Made by a program: the position numbers and the translations under genes. A stretch of DNA of 64,000 nucleotides from a virus (taxonomy: Duplodnaviria; Heunggongvirae; Uroviricota; Caudoviricetes), in IMG/VR virus record IMGVR_UViG_3300012348_000136, positions 1 to 64,000 of that record. One strand, written 5' to 3'. The first letter of the stretch is position 1. Each line of letters opens with the position of its first letter. Shown in pieces: positions 45,649-55,923 of this stretch. Below the pieces are notes generated by a model. The model saw nothing but the letters and a program-made list of their open reading frames with translations. It was not told where the DNA came from and searched no databases.

Positions 45649-45838
45649 CTCTAATCCACCTTTGCCTAACCTAAGGATTATTTTATGATCCCTTCGGGAA
45701 CCTTCGGTCAATCTAGTTTCTTCTGGATTGGCCGTTTGTTTATATGCAGCCATCAAACGGTTGCTGCGGAATGAATACTTAATTATTATAACATGGTCTG
45801 CGAGAATGTAAATAACAAAATTCACAATATATACAATT

Positions 45839-46618
45839 ATGGACTTTAATGGAAGAAAAGATTTAGTAAAGAGAGTGCAATCTGCTCTGGGATTACAAGT
45901 GGATGGAGATGATGGCTTTAAAACATGGTCAGCTATTGTCGAAAAGATTTGCCCTCTTGAAACTGAAGCACCAAAACCAGTTCAACCTGAACCATCAGTT
46001 GGATTATCACCTCGCGCTTTAAAACTAATCATCGACTATGAAGTTGGTGGAGGTGAAGGTTACTACAATGCTGCATTAAAGCGTCCATGTTATCCAGGCG
46101 GTCAAAGCGGAGTTACAATTGGCATCGGCTACGATTTAGGATACAATACCGTAGCACAATTTCAATCTGATTGGGGATTCCATCTTAGCGGCGGCGACTA
46201 CAATCGACTCGTTCAACATGTCGGCAAAAAAGGATCGTCTGCTAGCGCTGCAATATCTTCTGTTAGGGATATTCAAATATCTTGGGAAGATGCGCTTGCG
46301 GTATTTAAACAGAGTACTTTACCACGCTTTATTAAAGAAACTCTTCGAGTGTTTCCAGGCGCAGACAAGTTACATCCAGACGCATTTGGCGCACTTGTCT
46401 CGTTGGTATTTAACCGCGGTGGATCGCTCAGCGGAAGCAGCCGAATTGAGATGCTAAATATTTCAAAAGCAATTAAAGGCGAAATTCAAACTCCAAACAT
46501 TTACGGCTATATCGCCGACCAAATTATCGCGATGAAGCGTCTATGGGTTGGTAAAGGACTAGATGGTTTGTTACGTCGCCGCAATGAAGAAGCCGATGTA
46601 ATTCGCAAATGTAACTAA
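45839..46618 (+). CDS. endolysin: peptidoglycan-binding domain plus lysozyme-like catalytic domain
   Basis: VKRVQSALGLQVDGDDGFKTWSAI (PG_binding-like), then GIGYDLGYNT ... ALVSLVFNRG ... GLLRRRNEEADV. Confidence 0.55.
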   Translation: MDFNGRKDLVKRVQSALGLQVDGDDGFKTWSAIVEKICPLETEAPKPVQPEPSVGLSPRALKLIIDYEVGGGEGYYNAALKRPCYPGGQSGVTIGIGYDLGYNTVAQFQSDWGFHLSGGDYNRLVQHVGKKGSSASAAISSVRDIQISWEDALAVFKQSTLPRFIKETLRVFPGADKLHPDAFGALVSLVFNRGGSLSGSSRIEMLNISKAIKGEIQTPNIYGYIADQIIAMKRLWVGKGLDGLLRRRNEEADVIRKCN

Positions 46619-46626
46619 ACGAAAAT

Positions 46627-47895
46627 ATGCCTACCCAATACCTATCAGGACCAAAAACATTAACGCGCGAGCATGCGCGATATGAAGTCCATATGTTAGC
46701 TGACCAACTAACACCTGGCGGATCTATAACCGATGCCTTTGGACGACTACGAACAAGTTCTCCTTTCACTATATTTGACAGCCAGTATCGTTATGGCGAT
46801 AATGGCAAGTGGGATACGTTAACAGCAACAAACGGATCTGCTACACATGTCTCGGCTGAAAACGTAATGTCATTAACTGTCACTAACGAATCAGGTAGCA
46901 AGGTTGTTCGTGAAACACGTCGAGTGATGCCGTATCAGCCAGGAAAAAGTCTACTGATTCTTGCAAGCTTTTGTCTAGGTACTCTTAAAACAAATCTTAG
47001 ACAGCGTGTTGGTTATTTTGGCGACAATGATGGGATATTCCTTGAAGCCAATGGCGAAGATGTATCTCTAAAGATACGCAGCCGCAGTCTCAACACAACA
47101 CTGTCAGCTCCTCGGGCTGAATGGAACGGCGATAAATTTGACGGGACTGGATATAGCGGTCGCACCATTGATTTTTCCAAGTCTCAAATATTTTGGATGG
47201 ACATTGAATGGCTAGGCGTTGGCGATGTTCGTTGTGGCTTTATTGTTGATGGACATTTAATTGTAGCACACACGTTCCATAATGACAACATCCGAACCAC
47301 AACGTATATGTCAACTGCATGCTTGCCTATACGTTATGAAATTGAAAACCTTGCAGCTACTTCAGGCTCAACAACGCTAAAGCAAATTTGCTCTACTGTA
47401 ATTTCCGAAGGAGGTTATGAACAAATCACCAAGCAATGGTCAGCCACTCGAACATCTGCTATAGCAAGCGTCGATGTCGCAACTGGATGGGCTCCTGTTG
47501 TATCACTTCGTCTCAAAAGTGGATACACCGATGCTATAGTTTTACCATCTCAAATCCATATTATCGGGAGCGGTAACTCTAGCACATATGAATATGCATG
47601 TATTCGTAATGCGACTATAACAAACGGTAATTGGACTACGCACACTGGCAGCGGTGGTGTATTGGAATATAACATAGGAGCAACTTCAATGAGTGGAGGC
47701 ACCGTTGAAGACAGCGGAATATTTGCTAGTAGCAACCAATCAAATGCTCTCATCAATGCTTACCTACCAAGCACATTTGAACAGCAACTTGGAAGAACTA
47801 TAGGAGGGACCGCTGATACATATACATTAGCAGTGCGACACTTAGGCACTGGCGGAAACGTCTATGGAACTCTAAACTGGAACAGCATACTCTAA
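46627..47895 (+). CDS. hypothetical Gly/Ser/Thr-rich beta-type protein (422 aa)
   Basis: Track ORF; composition resembles fibre or decoration proteins. Confidence 0.4.
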   Translation: MPTQYLSGPKTLTREHARYEVHMLADQLTPGGSITDAFGRLRTSSPFTIFDSQYRYGDNGKWDTLTATNGSATHVSAENVMSLTVTNESGSKVVRETRRVMPYQPGKSLLILASFCLGTLKTNLRQRVGYFGDNDGIFLEANGEDVSLKIRSRSLNTTLSAPRAEWNGDKFDGTGYSGRTIDFSKSQIFWMDIEWLGVGDVRCGFIVDGHLIVAHTFHNDNIRTTTYMSTACLPIRYEIENLAATSGSTTLKQICSTVISEGGYEQITKQWSATRTSAIASVDVATGWAPVVSLRLKSGYTDAIVLPSQIHIIGSGNSSTYEYACIRNATITNGNWTTHTGSGGVLEYNIGATSMSGGTVEDSGIFASSNQSNALINAYLPSTFEQQLGRTIGGTADTYTLAVRHLGTGGNVYGTLNWNSIL

Positions 47896-47896
47896 T

Positions 47897-48439
47897 ATGA
47901 AATCATTTAAAACATACGTAGAAAATTCTACAATCCCTAAGGCTTTACTATATCATATTCTATATGATATCCCATTAGCGCAAAATGTGTTTCGTCCACA
48001 TACTCCAAACTATTATGCATTGTTTGAGTATGCACGCCAAAATGTAGATAGTCTTGAAACTCTATCTGAATTTGATCGTATGCTTATGGAAAGCGACATT
48101 GGTCAAATTGGAATATATGAAGGACAGGAAGTTCCGCTTGACCATCCTCTACTTGAAAAAGAAGATGAAGACGTAGAACTCAATTCTCCAAAGCGCGGCG
48201 GATCTAAGAAATACTATGTCTATGTTAAGAATGATAAAGGCAACATTATCAAAGTTCAGTTTGGAGACACTTCTGGATTAACTGCAAAGATTGATGATCC
48301 AGCTGCTCGCAAATCATTTGCGGCGCGTCATAACTGCGATCAGAAAAAGGATAAGACCAAGCCTGGGTATTGGGCGTGTCGCCTCCCTTATTATGCTAAG
48401 CAACTTGGTCTTAAAGGCGGAGGTTCATTTTATTGGTAA
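47897..48439 (+). CDS. putative internal head protein (capsid-targeting-like N-terminus)
   Basis: N-terminus MKSFKTYVENS. Confidence 0.4.
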   Translation: MKSFKTYVENSTIPKALLYHILYDIPLAQNVFRPHTPNYYALFEYARQNVDSLETLSEFDRMLMESDIGQIGIYEGQEVPLDHPLLEKEDEDVELNSPKRGGSKKYYVYVKNDKGNIIKVQFGDTSGLTAKIDDPAARKSFAARHNCDQKKDKTKPGYWACRLPYYAKQLGLKGGGSFYW

Positions 48440-48440
48440 T

Positions 48441-48710
48441 ATGAATACTCCTTATTATGATAGTGAAAAAGCGAATAACAAGTGGATTCGCGAATTTAAG
48501 CCAAATACTGATAGTCATGAATTAGTTTGGCATCGTGACCATAATGATCGAATCGTTAAGGTATTAGACGGCCAAGGCTGGGTGTTTCAAATGGATGAAC
48601 AGGTTCCATATGAACTACGCAAAGGCGATGTATTAAATGTGCCTAAGCAAACATATCATCGTCTGTTTAAAGCTGGAGATACTACTTTAAGAATTGAGAT
48701 TACTGAATAA
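48441..48710 (+). CDS. small cupin-like protein
   Basis: Trimmed from track ORF 48291..48710; HRDHNDRIVKVLDGQGW ... KGDVLNVP. Confidence 0.4.
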   Translation: MNTPYYDSEKANNKWIREFKPNTDSHELVWHRDHNDRIVKVLDGQGWVFQMDEQVPYELRKGDVLNVPKQTYHRLFKAGDTTLRIEITE

Positions 48711-48716
48711 TTTCAC

Positions 48717-49073
48717 ATGGACTTAAACGATCGCACCTTTGCCTTATATGCAGCTAAGAATTATCGCAATCCATGTTGCACTGACATTAAGGAATTTTAT
48801 GAAGACTTATTGAGGTTTAAGTATCTTAAGAAACTACTTAAACGATATAAGGATAAAGGCGATCTACAAGAAAGACTAATTCTTAATCACATAATTATCA
48901 TCCATAACTCATTTGGAGTTGCGGCTGGCATACGCTTATGCTTTTTCAAAATACCAGAAGAGTATTGGCCTGCATTGAAAACCTTCTTGCTGTACTTAAA
49001 CTATGTACACCGTGACGACTATATAAATATACCAAGCGATATGTACGTCGCGCGTAAACTGCAGCAAATTTAA
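48717..49073 (+). CDS. hypothetical protein (118 aa)
   Basis: Track ORF. Confidence 0.45.
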   Translation: MDLNDRTFALYAAKNYRNPCCTDIKEFYEDLLRFKYLKKLLKRYKDKGDLQERLILNHIIIIHNSFGVAAGIRLCFFKIPEEYWPALKTFLLYLNYVHRDDYINIPSDMYVARKLQQI

Positions 49074-49084
49074 TTTTAAGACGT

Positions 49085-49669
49085 ATGGGATTACTTTCAA
49101 GAGCAACTGACACCTTTTATGCATTCCGCTTTTTGCGCTTGCTTACTACTCCATGGGAAAAGACTGGAGCTTATAAAGCAGGAATTATTGATGACAGAGG
49201 AAAGCTTATAAAGAAGCCTGAAACATCGGACGAAAAGAGCGTCTATAACTATTTTCATCGTCTAGTGTTTAATGTCAAGCGTATGTTAAACAAGCTACCG
49301 CTTGGGAAGACAACAATTGCAAGTTATCTTACTGCGTTGTTTCTTATTAAAGAGCACGCTGATTTATCAAACGAAGCGCTGTTAAAGGCGCTAAGCGAAA
49401 TTGCAGATGTAAAAGCATGCATGATGCCTTTACTTGAAAGCACTTGGTATCAAACCGACAACGGTTATTTGCGTGAAGGCGCATATATGCTACGCCATAC
49501 ACTACCTTTACCAAAGACGGGTGAACTCCTTGCATTGCGCAATACTCGTGTAATTGCTGAATCTGACGTCAAGCCTTGCGGAAATATTTTTGGAGCTCCT
49601 GTCTACAAGGTGCACCATCAGAAGACTAACCAATACATTTACGTAACCCAAGCTGACCTAATCCAATGA
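49085..49669 (+). CDS. hypothetical protein (194 aa)
   Basis: Track ORF. Confidence 0.45.
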   Translation: MGLLSRATDTFYAFRFLRLLTTPWEKTGAYKAGIIDDRGKLIKKPETSDEKSVYNYFHRLVFNVKRMLNKLPLGKTTIASYLTALFLIKEHADLSNEALLKALSEIADVKACMMPLLESTWYQTDNGYLREGAYMLRHTLPLPKTGELLALRNTRVIAESDVKPCGNIFGAPVYKVHHQKTNQYIYVTQADLIQ

Positions 49670-49953
49670 CCAACGAAGATACAACAACCGCCGCAGTTGC
49701 AATGCCTCCATCAGACTATCCAAAGACTGGAGCAACATGGAGACTCTTTAGTGTGAAGCCTGACGTCTTCCGTAGATTCGAGACTGGACGCAACAAATTT
49801 GAACGTTGGTCTAAGTACTTAGATTTGACTGACGAGACTCATAAAGAGATTGTTGATTATGCTAAGAAGAACAAAGGAAAGAAGACCATCGTACTTCAAT
49901 GCAGTGAGACCGGCGCGATGCGAAGCATCAGAAAACGTGCTGCCAATGAATAA
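49666..49953 (+). CDS. hypothetical protein (95 aa)
   Basis: Track ORF. Confidence 0.4.
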   Translation: MTNEDTTTAAVAMPPSDYPKTGATWRLFSVKPDVFRRFETGRNKFERWSKYLDLTDETHKEIVDYAKKNKGKKTIVLQCSETGAMRSIRKRAANE

Positions 49954-50044
49954 TTAGATTTACACTAGAGGCAAAATAATATATAGTAAACCATAACCAA
50001 AGGGCTACACAATACGTAGCCCATTTTTATGTAAGAAAAATCAT

Positions 50045-51025
50045 ATGTCACACAGTATTTTTGAAGAACAAGTATCACGTAAACCAAATCGCTATTCATG
50101 GGCAGAGCAATTCATTGAAGCAATGCACAATGGATTTTGGACCGATAAAGAATTTACTTTTAAACCTGACCTACAGGATTTCCGAACAATTCTTAATGAT
50201 CAAGAACGTGAAATTGTAGTACGTACTCTTTCAGCAATTGGTCAGATCGAAGTTGCGGTTAAAACCTTTTGGGCAAAGCTTGGAGAGAATCTTCCGCATC
50301 CATCTCTTCAAGATCTTGGGTATGTAATGGCCAACACTGAAGTTATTCATAACAATGCATATGAACGTTTGCTAACAGTTCTTGATCTTGAGGACGTGTT
50401 TGAAGAAAACCTTAAGCTTGAGTGGATTCAAGGTCGTGTTAAGTATCTTCGTAAATACACTCATCGCTTCTATAAGGATTCCAAGAAGCAATATTTGTAT
50501 GCGCTAATTCTCTTTACTCTGTTTGTCGAAAACGTGTCGTTGTTTAGCCAGTTCTATATCATCAACTGGTTTGCTACTTTTAAGAACGTTCTTAAGCATA
50601 CTGATCAGCAAGTTAAGTATACACGCAATGAAGAAACTATTCATGCTCTTGTTGGTATTAAACTTGTGAATACAATTCGTGAAGAACTTCCAGAACTGTT
50701 TGACGCTGATCTTGAGGATCGAATTGTATCTGAAGCGCATGAAGCATTTAAAGCAGAATCACGTATTGTTGATTGGATGATTAATGGAATTCAAGAAGAA
50801 GGCTTGACTGCTCCAATTCTAAAAGAGTTCATCAAGAATCGTATCAACGAAAGCATGGCTCAAATTGGATTCCGCGCTCCATTTGAAGTTGATAAAGAGT
50901 TGTTGAAACACACCGTTTGGTTTGATGAACAGGTGCTTGGTAACAACATGACAGATTTCTTCAACTCTCGTCCCGTCGAATATTCTAAGAAGAATCAAAG
51001 TTTCGACGAAGACGAACTGTTCTAA
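50045..51025 (+). CDS. nrdB: ribonucleotide reductase small subunit
   Basis: 326 aa ferritin-like R2 protein; contiguous, no intron apparent. Confidence 0.7.
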   Translation: MSHSIFEEQVSRKPNRYSWAEQFIEAMHNGFWTDKEFTFKPDLQDFRTILNDQEREIVVRTLSAIGQIEVAVKTFWAKLGENLPHPSLQDLGYVMANTEVIHNNAYERLLTVLDLEDVFEENLKLEWIQGRVKYLRKYTHRFYKDSKKQYLYALILFTLFVENVSLFSQFYIINWFATFKNVLKHTDQQVKYTRNEETIHALVGIKLVNTIREELPELFDADLEDRIVSEAHEAFKAESRIVDWMINGIQEEGLTAPILKEFIKNRINESMAQIGFRAPFEVDKELLKHTVWFDEQVLGNNMTDFFNSRPVEYSKKNQSFDEDELF

Positions 51026-51037
51026 CACACGTATAAA

Positions 51038-52696
51038 TTGATTATGGAAACAAATATTTACTGGCTCAATAAAGATAGCCGAAAGTTCTTAAGCCGCGGC
51101 TACCTGCTTGAGGGAGAAACTGCTGAAGGTCGCATACGTGATATTGCTGAAAGTGCCGAAAAGATTTTAGGCATACCTGGATTTGCTGATAAGTTCGAGA
51201 AGTATATGCATCTCGGATACTATTCATTGTCAAGTCCTATTTGGTCTAACTTTGGACGTGAACGCGGTTTGCCTATTAGTTGCTTTGGTAGCTACATTGA
51301 AGACACGCTTGAAGAAATCACGGGATATAAGCTTGCGGAAGTCAGCATGATGACTAAAGGCGGCGGAGGTACAAGTGCATACTTTGGTGCGCTACGTGGT
51401 CGTGGTGCACCAATCAGCAGTGGTGGGCAATCAACTGGAAGTGTTCACTTTATGGAACTGTATGACAAGTTGATGAATGTTGTCTCACAAGGCAATGTTC
51501 GTCGTGGATCATTTGCGGCATACCAATCAATTGACCATCATGATATTGAAGAATTCCTTAAGATCCGTAGTGAAGGTAATTCAATTCAGGACATGTCTAT
51601 TGGTGTTACTGTTAGTGACCAATGGATGCGCGAAATGATTGATGGCGATAGCTCAAAGCGTAAGATCTGGGGTCTCGTTATCAAGAAGCGTTTTGAGTCA
51701 GGATATCCATACATCTTCTTTAGTGATAATGCTAATAACGGTGCTCCTGATGTTTACAAACAGCAGGGTATGCGGATTTATTCCAGTAACCTTTGCACTG
51801 AGATTTTTCTTCCAACGACAAAGGATGAAAGCTTTGTATGCGACCTTAGCTCGATGAACCTCGAGAAGTGGGATGAATTCTCTAAGACAGACGCTGTTGA
51901 AACGCTGGTTTATTTCCTCGACGCTGTTATGACTGAGTTCATTAACAAGACCGAAGGTGTTCCATTTATGGAAGCTCCAAGAAAGTTTGCAATTTGCCAT
52001 CGTGCTCTTGGTGTTGGTGTCCTTGGTTGGCATAGCTTGCTGCAGAGCAAAATGATTGCCTTTGAAGGAATGGATGCACAGTTCCTTAACATGGATATTT
52101 GGAAATTCATTCGTGAACGTGCAGATAAAGCAACCGGCGAGTTGGCCACGCTGTTTGGTGAACCTGAAGTATGCAAAGGTTATGGACGTCGCAATACAAC
52201 TACACTTGCGATCGCTCCAACAACTTCAAGTTCGTTTATCCTTGGACAAGTATCGCCGAGTATTGAACCGCTTAACAGTAACTACTTTGTTAAGGATCTT
52301 GCAAAAGGTAAGTTCACATACAAGAATCCATACCTTGCTAAACTCCTTAAGGAAAAAGGTCAAGATGATATTGACGTATGGAAGGATATCCTTGTCCACG
52401 GCGGTAGTGTACAACATCTTGACTTCCTGACTCCTGAAGAAAAGGCAGTGTTTAAAACCTTTGGTGAAATCTCGCAAAAGGAAATTGTTACACAAGCCAT
52501 TCAGCGTCAACGATACATCGACCAAGGACAAAGTCTTAATCTCATGATTAGTCCAAAAGCCAAACCGAAAGAGGTTAATGAGTTGATGATCTATGCATGG
52601 GAAAACGGAATTAAGAGTCTGTATTATCAACGTAGCGCTAATCCAGCTCAAGAACTTGCGCGTAGTATTTTAACTTGTAGCACATGCGAAGGCTGA
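51038..52696 (+). CDS. nrdA: ribonucleotide reductase large subunit (short form)
   Basis: SNLCTEIFLP active-site motif; 552 aa. Confidence 0.7.
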   Translation: MIMETNIYWLNKDSRKFLSRGYLLEGETAEGRIRDIAESAEKILGIPGFADKFEKYMHLGYYSLSSPIWSNFGRERGLPISCFGSYIEDTLEEITGYKLAEVSMMTKGGGGTSAYFGALRGRGAPISSGGQSTGSVHFMELYDKLMNVVSQGNVRRGSFAAYQSIDHHDIEEFLKIRSEGNSIQDMSIGVTVSDQWMREMIDGDSSKRKIWGLVIKKRFESGYPYIFFSDNANNGAPDVYKQQGMRIYSSNLCTEIFLPTTKDESFVCDLSSMNLEKWDEFSKTDAVETLVYFLDAVMTEFINKTEGVPFMEAPRKFAICHRALGVGVLGWHSLLQSKMIAFEGMDAQFLNMDIWKFIRERADKATGELATLFGEPEVCKGYGRRNTTTLAIAPTTSSSFILGQVSPSIEPLNSNYFVKDLAKGKFTYKNPYLAKLLKEKGQDDIDVWKDILVHGGSVQHLDFLTPEEKAVFKTFGEISQKEIVTQAIQRQRYIDQGQSLNLMISPKAKPKEVNELMIYAWENGIKSLYYQRSANPAQELARSILTCSTCEG

Positions 52697-52697
52697 T

Positions 52698-52907
52698 ATG
52701 AATCCCTACACTGAACATCGCGTTTTACGTCCGTTATTTGAATCAATCGCTTCTTTGATTGTAATGCCATTTGTGATACTCACGCTGGCAGTTGCATTCT
52801 TCGTGATTTTACTTACTCTCTTGGTTATGTGGCCGCTTGCGCCTTTCTTTGTTTATGCTGAACGTAAAAAAGAACTAACCGAAGAAGAAGATGATAGAAA
52901 AGAATAA
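52698..52907 (+). CDS. small membrane protein (69 aa)
   Basis: Two hydrophobic helices. Confidence 0.4.
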   Translation: MNPYTEHRVLRPLFESIASLIVMPFVILTLAVAFFVILLTLLVMWPLAPFFVYAERKKELTEEEDDRKE

Positions 52908-53100
52908 ATGCACATGTTGTAAGAATGTTTACGAAATCATGTGGGACGATGACATTGACGATTACTACTCAGACAGTATCGAGAATGATGATGACTCTAT
53001 TTACGAAGATGATCAGTACCCTGAGTACTGTCCTTTTTGTGGAGTTCATCGCGAGTATGGTGGTGAAGAAGATGGCTATGATTCATTTGCCGATAAATAA
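52891..53100 (+). CDS. small acidic zinc-ribbon protein
   Basis: CTCC ... CPFCG. Confidence 0.4.
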   Translation: MIEKNKCTCCKNVYEIMWDDDIDDYYSDSIENDDDSIYEDDQYPEYCPFCGVHREYGGEEDGYDSFADK

Positions 53101-53106
53101 AAGCAT

Positions 53107-53646
53107 ATGAAAGATTTACTACAAGCGGCTAAAGACATTATCGAAAACACAAATGAAGTAACGGACATTGATACTAGGTGGTCTAGCCCTGAAAATTTAA
53201 CGATTTATGGAAAAAGCCATTGGTCAACCCAGTCCGATACAATTTTTATGTATGCAGACAATACGGTAATTTTTTGCGACACAAACATTGATGGAGAGGA
53301 AGTGTTACATTATACTATGACGCAAGCTTTAGCTGGTGCTAAAAAATATGATTGGTGTCGTACACAACTAAAGTATTCAAAACGACCTAACACCGCAAAG
53401 TTGCAACAAATAGGAGCGTCCGCAACAACATTAGACGGTAGTCGTCTTGAAGAGTTTTGCGCTAAGCATAAATCAGGTAATCTTTGGAAATTGCGCGATC
53501 ATGACAATCAGACAGTAATTAGCTTTTGGTCAGATGAGCATCAAATAGACAATGCATACCTTAAGCAATTGGCATCAGCCTTTAAACTAAAATCATTCCT
53601 ATGGTGCGCTTCCGATTCAAAGTTCTTCTTTAGATATTCTGCATAA
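53107..53646 (+). CDS. hypothetical protein (179 aa)
   Basis: Track ORF. Confidence 0.45.
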   Translation: MKDLLQAAKDIIENTNEVTDIDTRWSSPENLTIYGKSHWSTQSDTIFMYADNTVIFCDTNIDGEEVLHYTMTQALAGAKKYDWCRTQLKYSKRPNTAKLQQIGASATTLDGSRLEEFCAKHKSGNLWKLRDHDNQTVISFWSDEHQIDNAYLKQLASAFKLKSFLWCASDSKFFFRYSA

Positions 53647-53670
53647 CTCGTTTGCCGATAAATAAGTTGT

Positions 53671-54105
53671 ATGAGTCCATGGACATATCAGAACAACGCA
53701 TTTACAAAGGAAGACGCTGAACTAAAAATCGAGGAAGGCTGTATCGGATTCGTCTATGAAATTACAGACGTCTCAAACGGCAAAAAGTACATCGGCAAAA
53801 AGCTGCTAGTCACAAAAAGAAAACGTCCACCGCTTAAAGGTCAAAAGAGAAAGCGCATTGACATTATTCAAAGTGATTGGGAAAAGTATTGTGGCAGCAG
53901 CGAAACAGTTAAGCTATTAGTTAAAGATCGTCCTGATGATTTCCGTCGTGAAATACTTGAGTTCTGTAAAGCAAAAGGCGAACTATCTTACATTGAAGCA
54001 AAGTGGCAATTTGCAAAAGAAGTACTTCTAAAAGAAGAGTACTACAATGAGTTCGTGGGCTGCAGAATACACGCTAAACATGTGAAAAATCTTTGGAAAA
54101 AGTAA
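53671..54105 (+). CDS. hypothetical protein (144 aa)
   Basis: Track ORF. Confidence 0.45.
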   Translation: MSPWTYQNNAFTKEDAELKIEEGCIGFVYEITDVSNGKKYIGKKLLVTKRKRPPLKGQKRKRIDIIQSDWEKYCGSSETVKLLVKDRPDDFRREILEFCKAKGELSYIEAKWQFAKEVLLKEEYYNEFVGCRIHAKHVKNLWKK

Positions 54106-54134
54106 TTTACATTTCATCTACTTTTGGTTATAAT
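54106..54134 (+). promoter_or_regulatory. sigma70-like promoter
   Basis: TTTACA-N17-TATAAT; ATG at 54157. Confidence 0.55.
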
Positions 54135-54156
54135 CTAAATCTAAAGAAACAATATC

Positions 54157-55026
54157 ATGGTAATAGTTGACTACAGCGGAATCGCAATTGCAAGTATCTT
54201 TTCTCAAGTTAAGAATGACAAGATCGAGGAATCATTCATTCGCCACTTGATCTTAAATACGTTGAGAATGTATAATGTAAAGTACCGCGCCAAGTATGGC
54301 GAGATGGTACTAGCGTGTGATGGTGGATCATGGCGTAAAACATACTACCCTTTCTATAAAGCAGCTCGCCGTAAAAACCGCGAGGAGTCCTCGCTTGATT
54401 GGACTGAGATCTTTCGTATCCTTAATAAAGTCAAGGAAGAGATCAGCGAACATATGCCTTATAAGGTAATTCAGGCTCCACACGCTGAAGCAGACGATGT
54501 GATTGGCTCTCTTGTCGCAAACACTCAGGAGTTTGGCCAGTATGAGCCAGTTATGATTATTAGCGCTGACAAGGACTTCATTCAGTTGCAACGATATGAC
54601 AATGTTCAGCAGTTCAGCCCTATGACTAAGAAGCTGGTGACTGATAAGAATCCACATCGTTATCTTTTTGAGCATATTGTCAAAGGAGACGGCGGCGATG
54701 GTGTTCCAAACATTCTTTCGGCTGACGATGTATTTGTTACTGAAGGTACACGTCAGACGCCAGTTCGTGCAACTAAGATTGAGGATTGGTATGCTGCATA
54801 CAAGAAAGGCGATATGCAAAGTGTTCTTGATGCCAATACATATCGCAACTATATTCGTAACCGTACTGTCATTGATCTTGAGTGTACTCCATCTGATCTG
54901 CGCGAAATCATCCTTGATACATATCGCAAAGCTCCAGCTGTTGGCAACTCTAAGGTACTAAACTATCTTATTGCTAATCGATGCAATATGCTTATCAGCT
55001 GCGCCGAAGAATTTTTTGTTAAATAA
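54157..55026 (+). CDS. rnh: RNase H (FEN-family 5'-3' exonuclease)
   Basis: MVRHLILNT, YMPYKVIQAPHAEADDVIG, IISADKDFIQLQ and NVQQFSPM match my recollection of T4 RNase H. Confidence 0.75.
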   Translation: MVIVDYSGIAIASIFSQVKNDKIEESFIRHLILNTLRMYNVKYRAKYGEMVLACDGGSWRKTYYPFYKAARRKNREESSLDWTEIFRILNKVKEEISEHMPYKVIQAPHAEADDVIGSLVANTQEFGQYEPVMIISADKDFIQLQRYDNVQQFSPMTKKLVTDKNPHRYLFEHIVKGDGGDGVPNILSADDVFVTEGTRQTPVRATKIEDWYAAYKKGDMQSVLDANTYRNYIRNRTVIDLECTPSDLREIILDTYRKAPAVGNSKVLNYLIANRCNMLISCAEEFFVK

Positions 55027-55031
55027 AGTAT

Positions 55032-55493
55032 ATGCGTAAACTACCAAATCGTAAATTACCTCATGAGGTTTTTGACCTCGTTGAACAAGCTAAGAAGGTC
55101 GAGGATCGTGTTCGTATTCTTCAAGAAAACAATACATTTGAGATTCAAACTATTCTACAAGGAGCATTCCATCCTGGAGTAATCTTCGACCTACCTGAAG
55201 GAGCTCCGCCATACACTCCTGATAAAGCAGCGCCTGGATGTCAACCAACTCCGCTGCACAAGCAGTTGATTTATCTTGTTAACTGTGTTAAAGGAAAAGG
55301 TAAGTTTGATGAGAATGATCGCTACACACGTATGCGTCGTGAAACTCAATTCATCAAGCTTCTTGAAATTGCATATGAGAAAGATGCTGAAATTCTAATT
55401 GCAATGAAGGACAAGAAACTAAATAAGATGTATCCTTCATTGACTGCATCGTTGGTACGTAAAGCATTCCCTAACATTCTTCCACAAAAATGA
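55032..55493 (+). CDS. hypothetical protein (153 aa)
   Basis: Track ORF. Confidence 0.45.
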   Translation: MRKLPNRKLPHEVFDLVEQAKKVEDRVRILQENNTFEIQTILQGAFHPGVIFDLPEGAPPYTPDKAAPGCQPTPLHKQLIYLVNCVKGKGKFDENDRYTRMRRETQFIKLLEIAYEKDAEILIAMKDKKLNKMYPSLTASLVRKAFPNILPQK

Positions 55494-55750
55494 CATACAC
55501 ATATAATTGCGAAAACTGTAATGAGACTTGGGAAGATCGTCAGCTTCTAGTTGATCGCGATCTACCAACATCTGAACCTTGTCCACATTGTAAAGCTGAA
55601 GGTAATGTGAAACGTATTATTGATTTTGCGCCTCGCGTAAGTTATGATGGCGCAAAGACAGTTCTACAACGTGCTGGCTCTGGATGGAATGACCTCCTAA
55701 ACAAAGTAAAGAAGAGCAGCGGTCGTCACGCAAAGATTGAAACTCGTTAA
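55490..55750 (+). CDS. zinc-ribbon protein (86 aa)
   Basis: CENCNE ... CPHCK. Confidence 0.4.
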   Translation: MTYTYNCENCNETWEDRQLLVDRDLPTSEPCPHCKAEGNVKRIIDFAPRVSYDGAKTVLQRAGSGWNDLLNKVKKSSGRHAKIETR

Positions 55751-55923
55751 TGCCATGGGCAAGAGTAAAAAGAATCGCAATAAGGACAAACGGTCAGCCG
55801 GTGCATACTATGACGATTATGAAGCCAATCGTCGTAAGAACAAGCGGAACAAAAATCATTACGTCCACAATCATGATAAACCTCGTCGAGAATTTAATGA
55901 TTGGGATTCCTTATAATTAAAAC

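Noticed and set aside
45649-45838. Possible late promoter (TGTAAATA) and hairpin CCGTTTG ... CAAACGG upstream of the endolysin.
   Set aside because: The motif is not an exact TATAAATA and the hairpin lacks a T-run. Too weak to call.
50045-52696. Group I introns in nrdB/nrdA, as found in T4 nrdB and td.
   Set aside because: Both ORFs are contiguous at the expected lengths. No interruption is seen.
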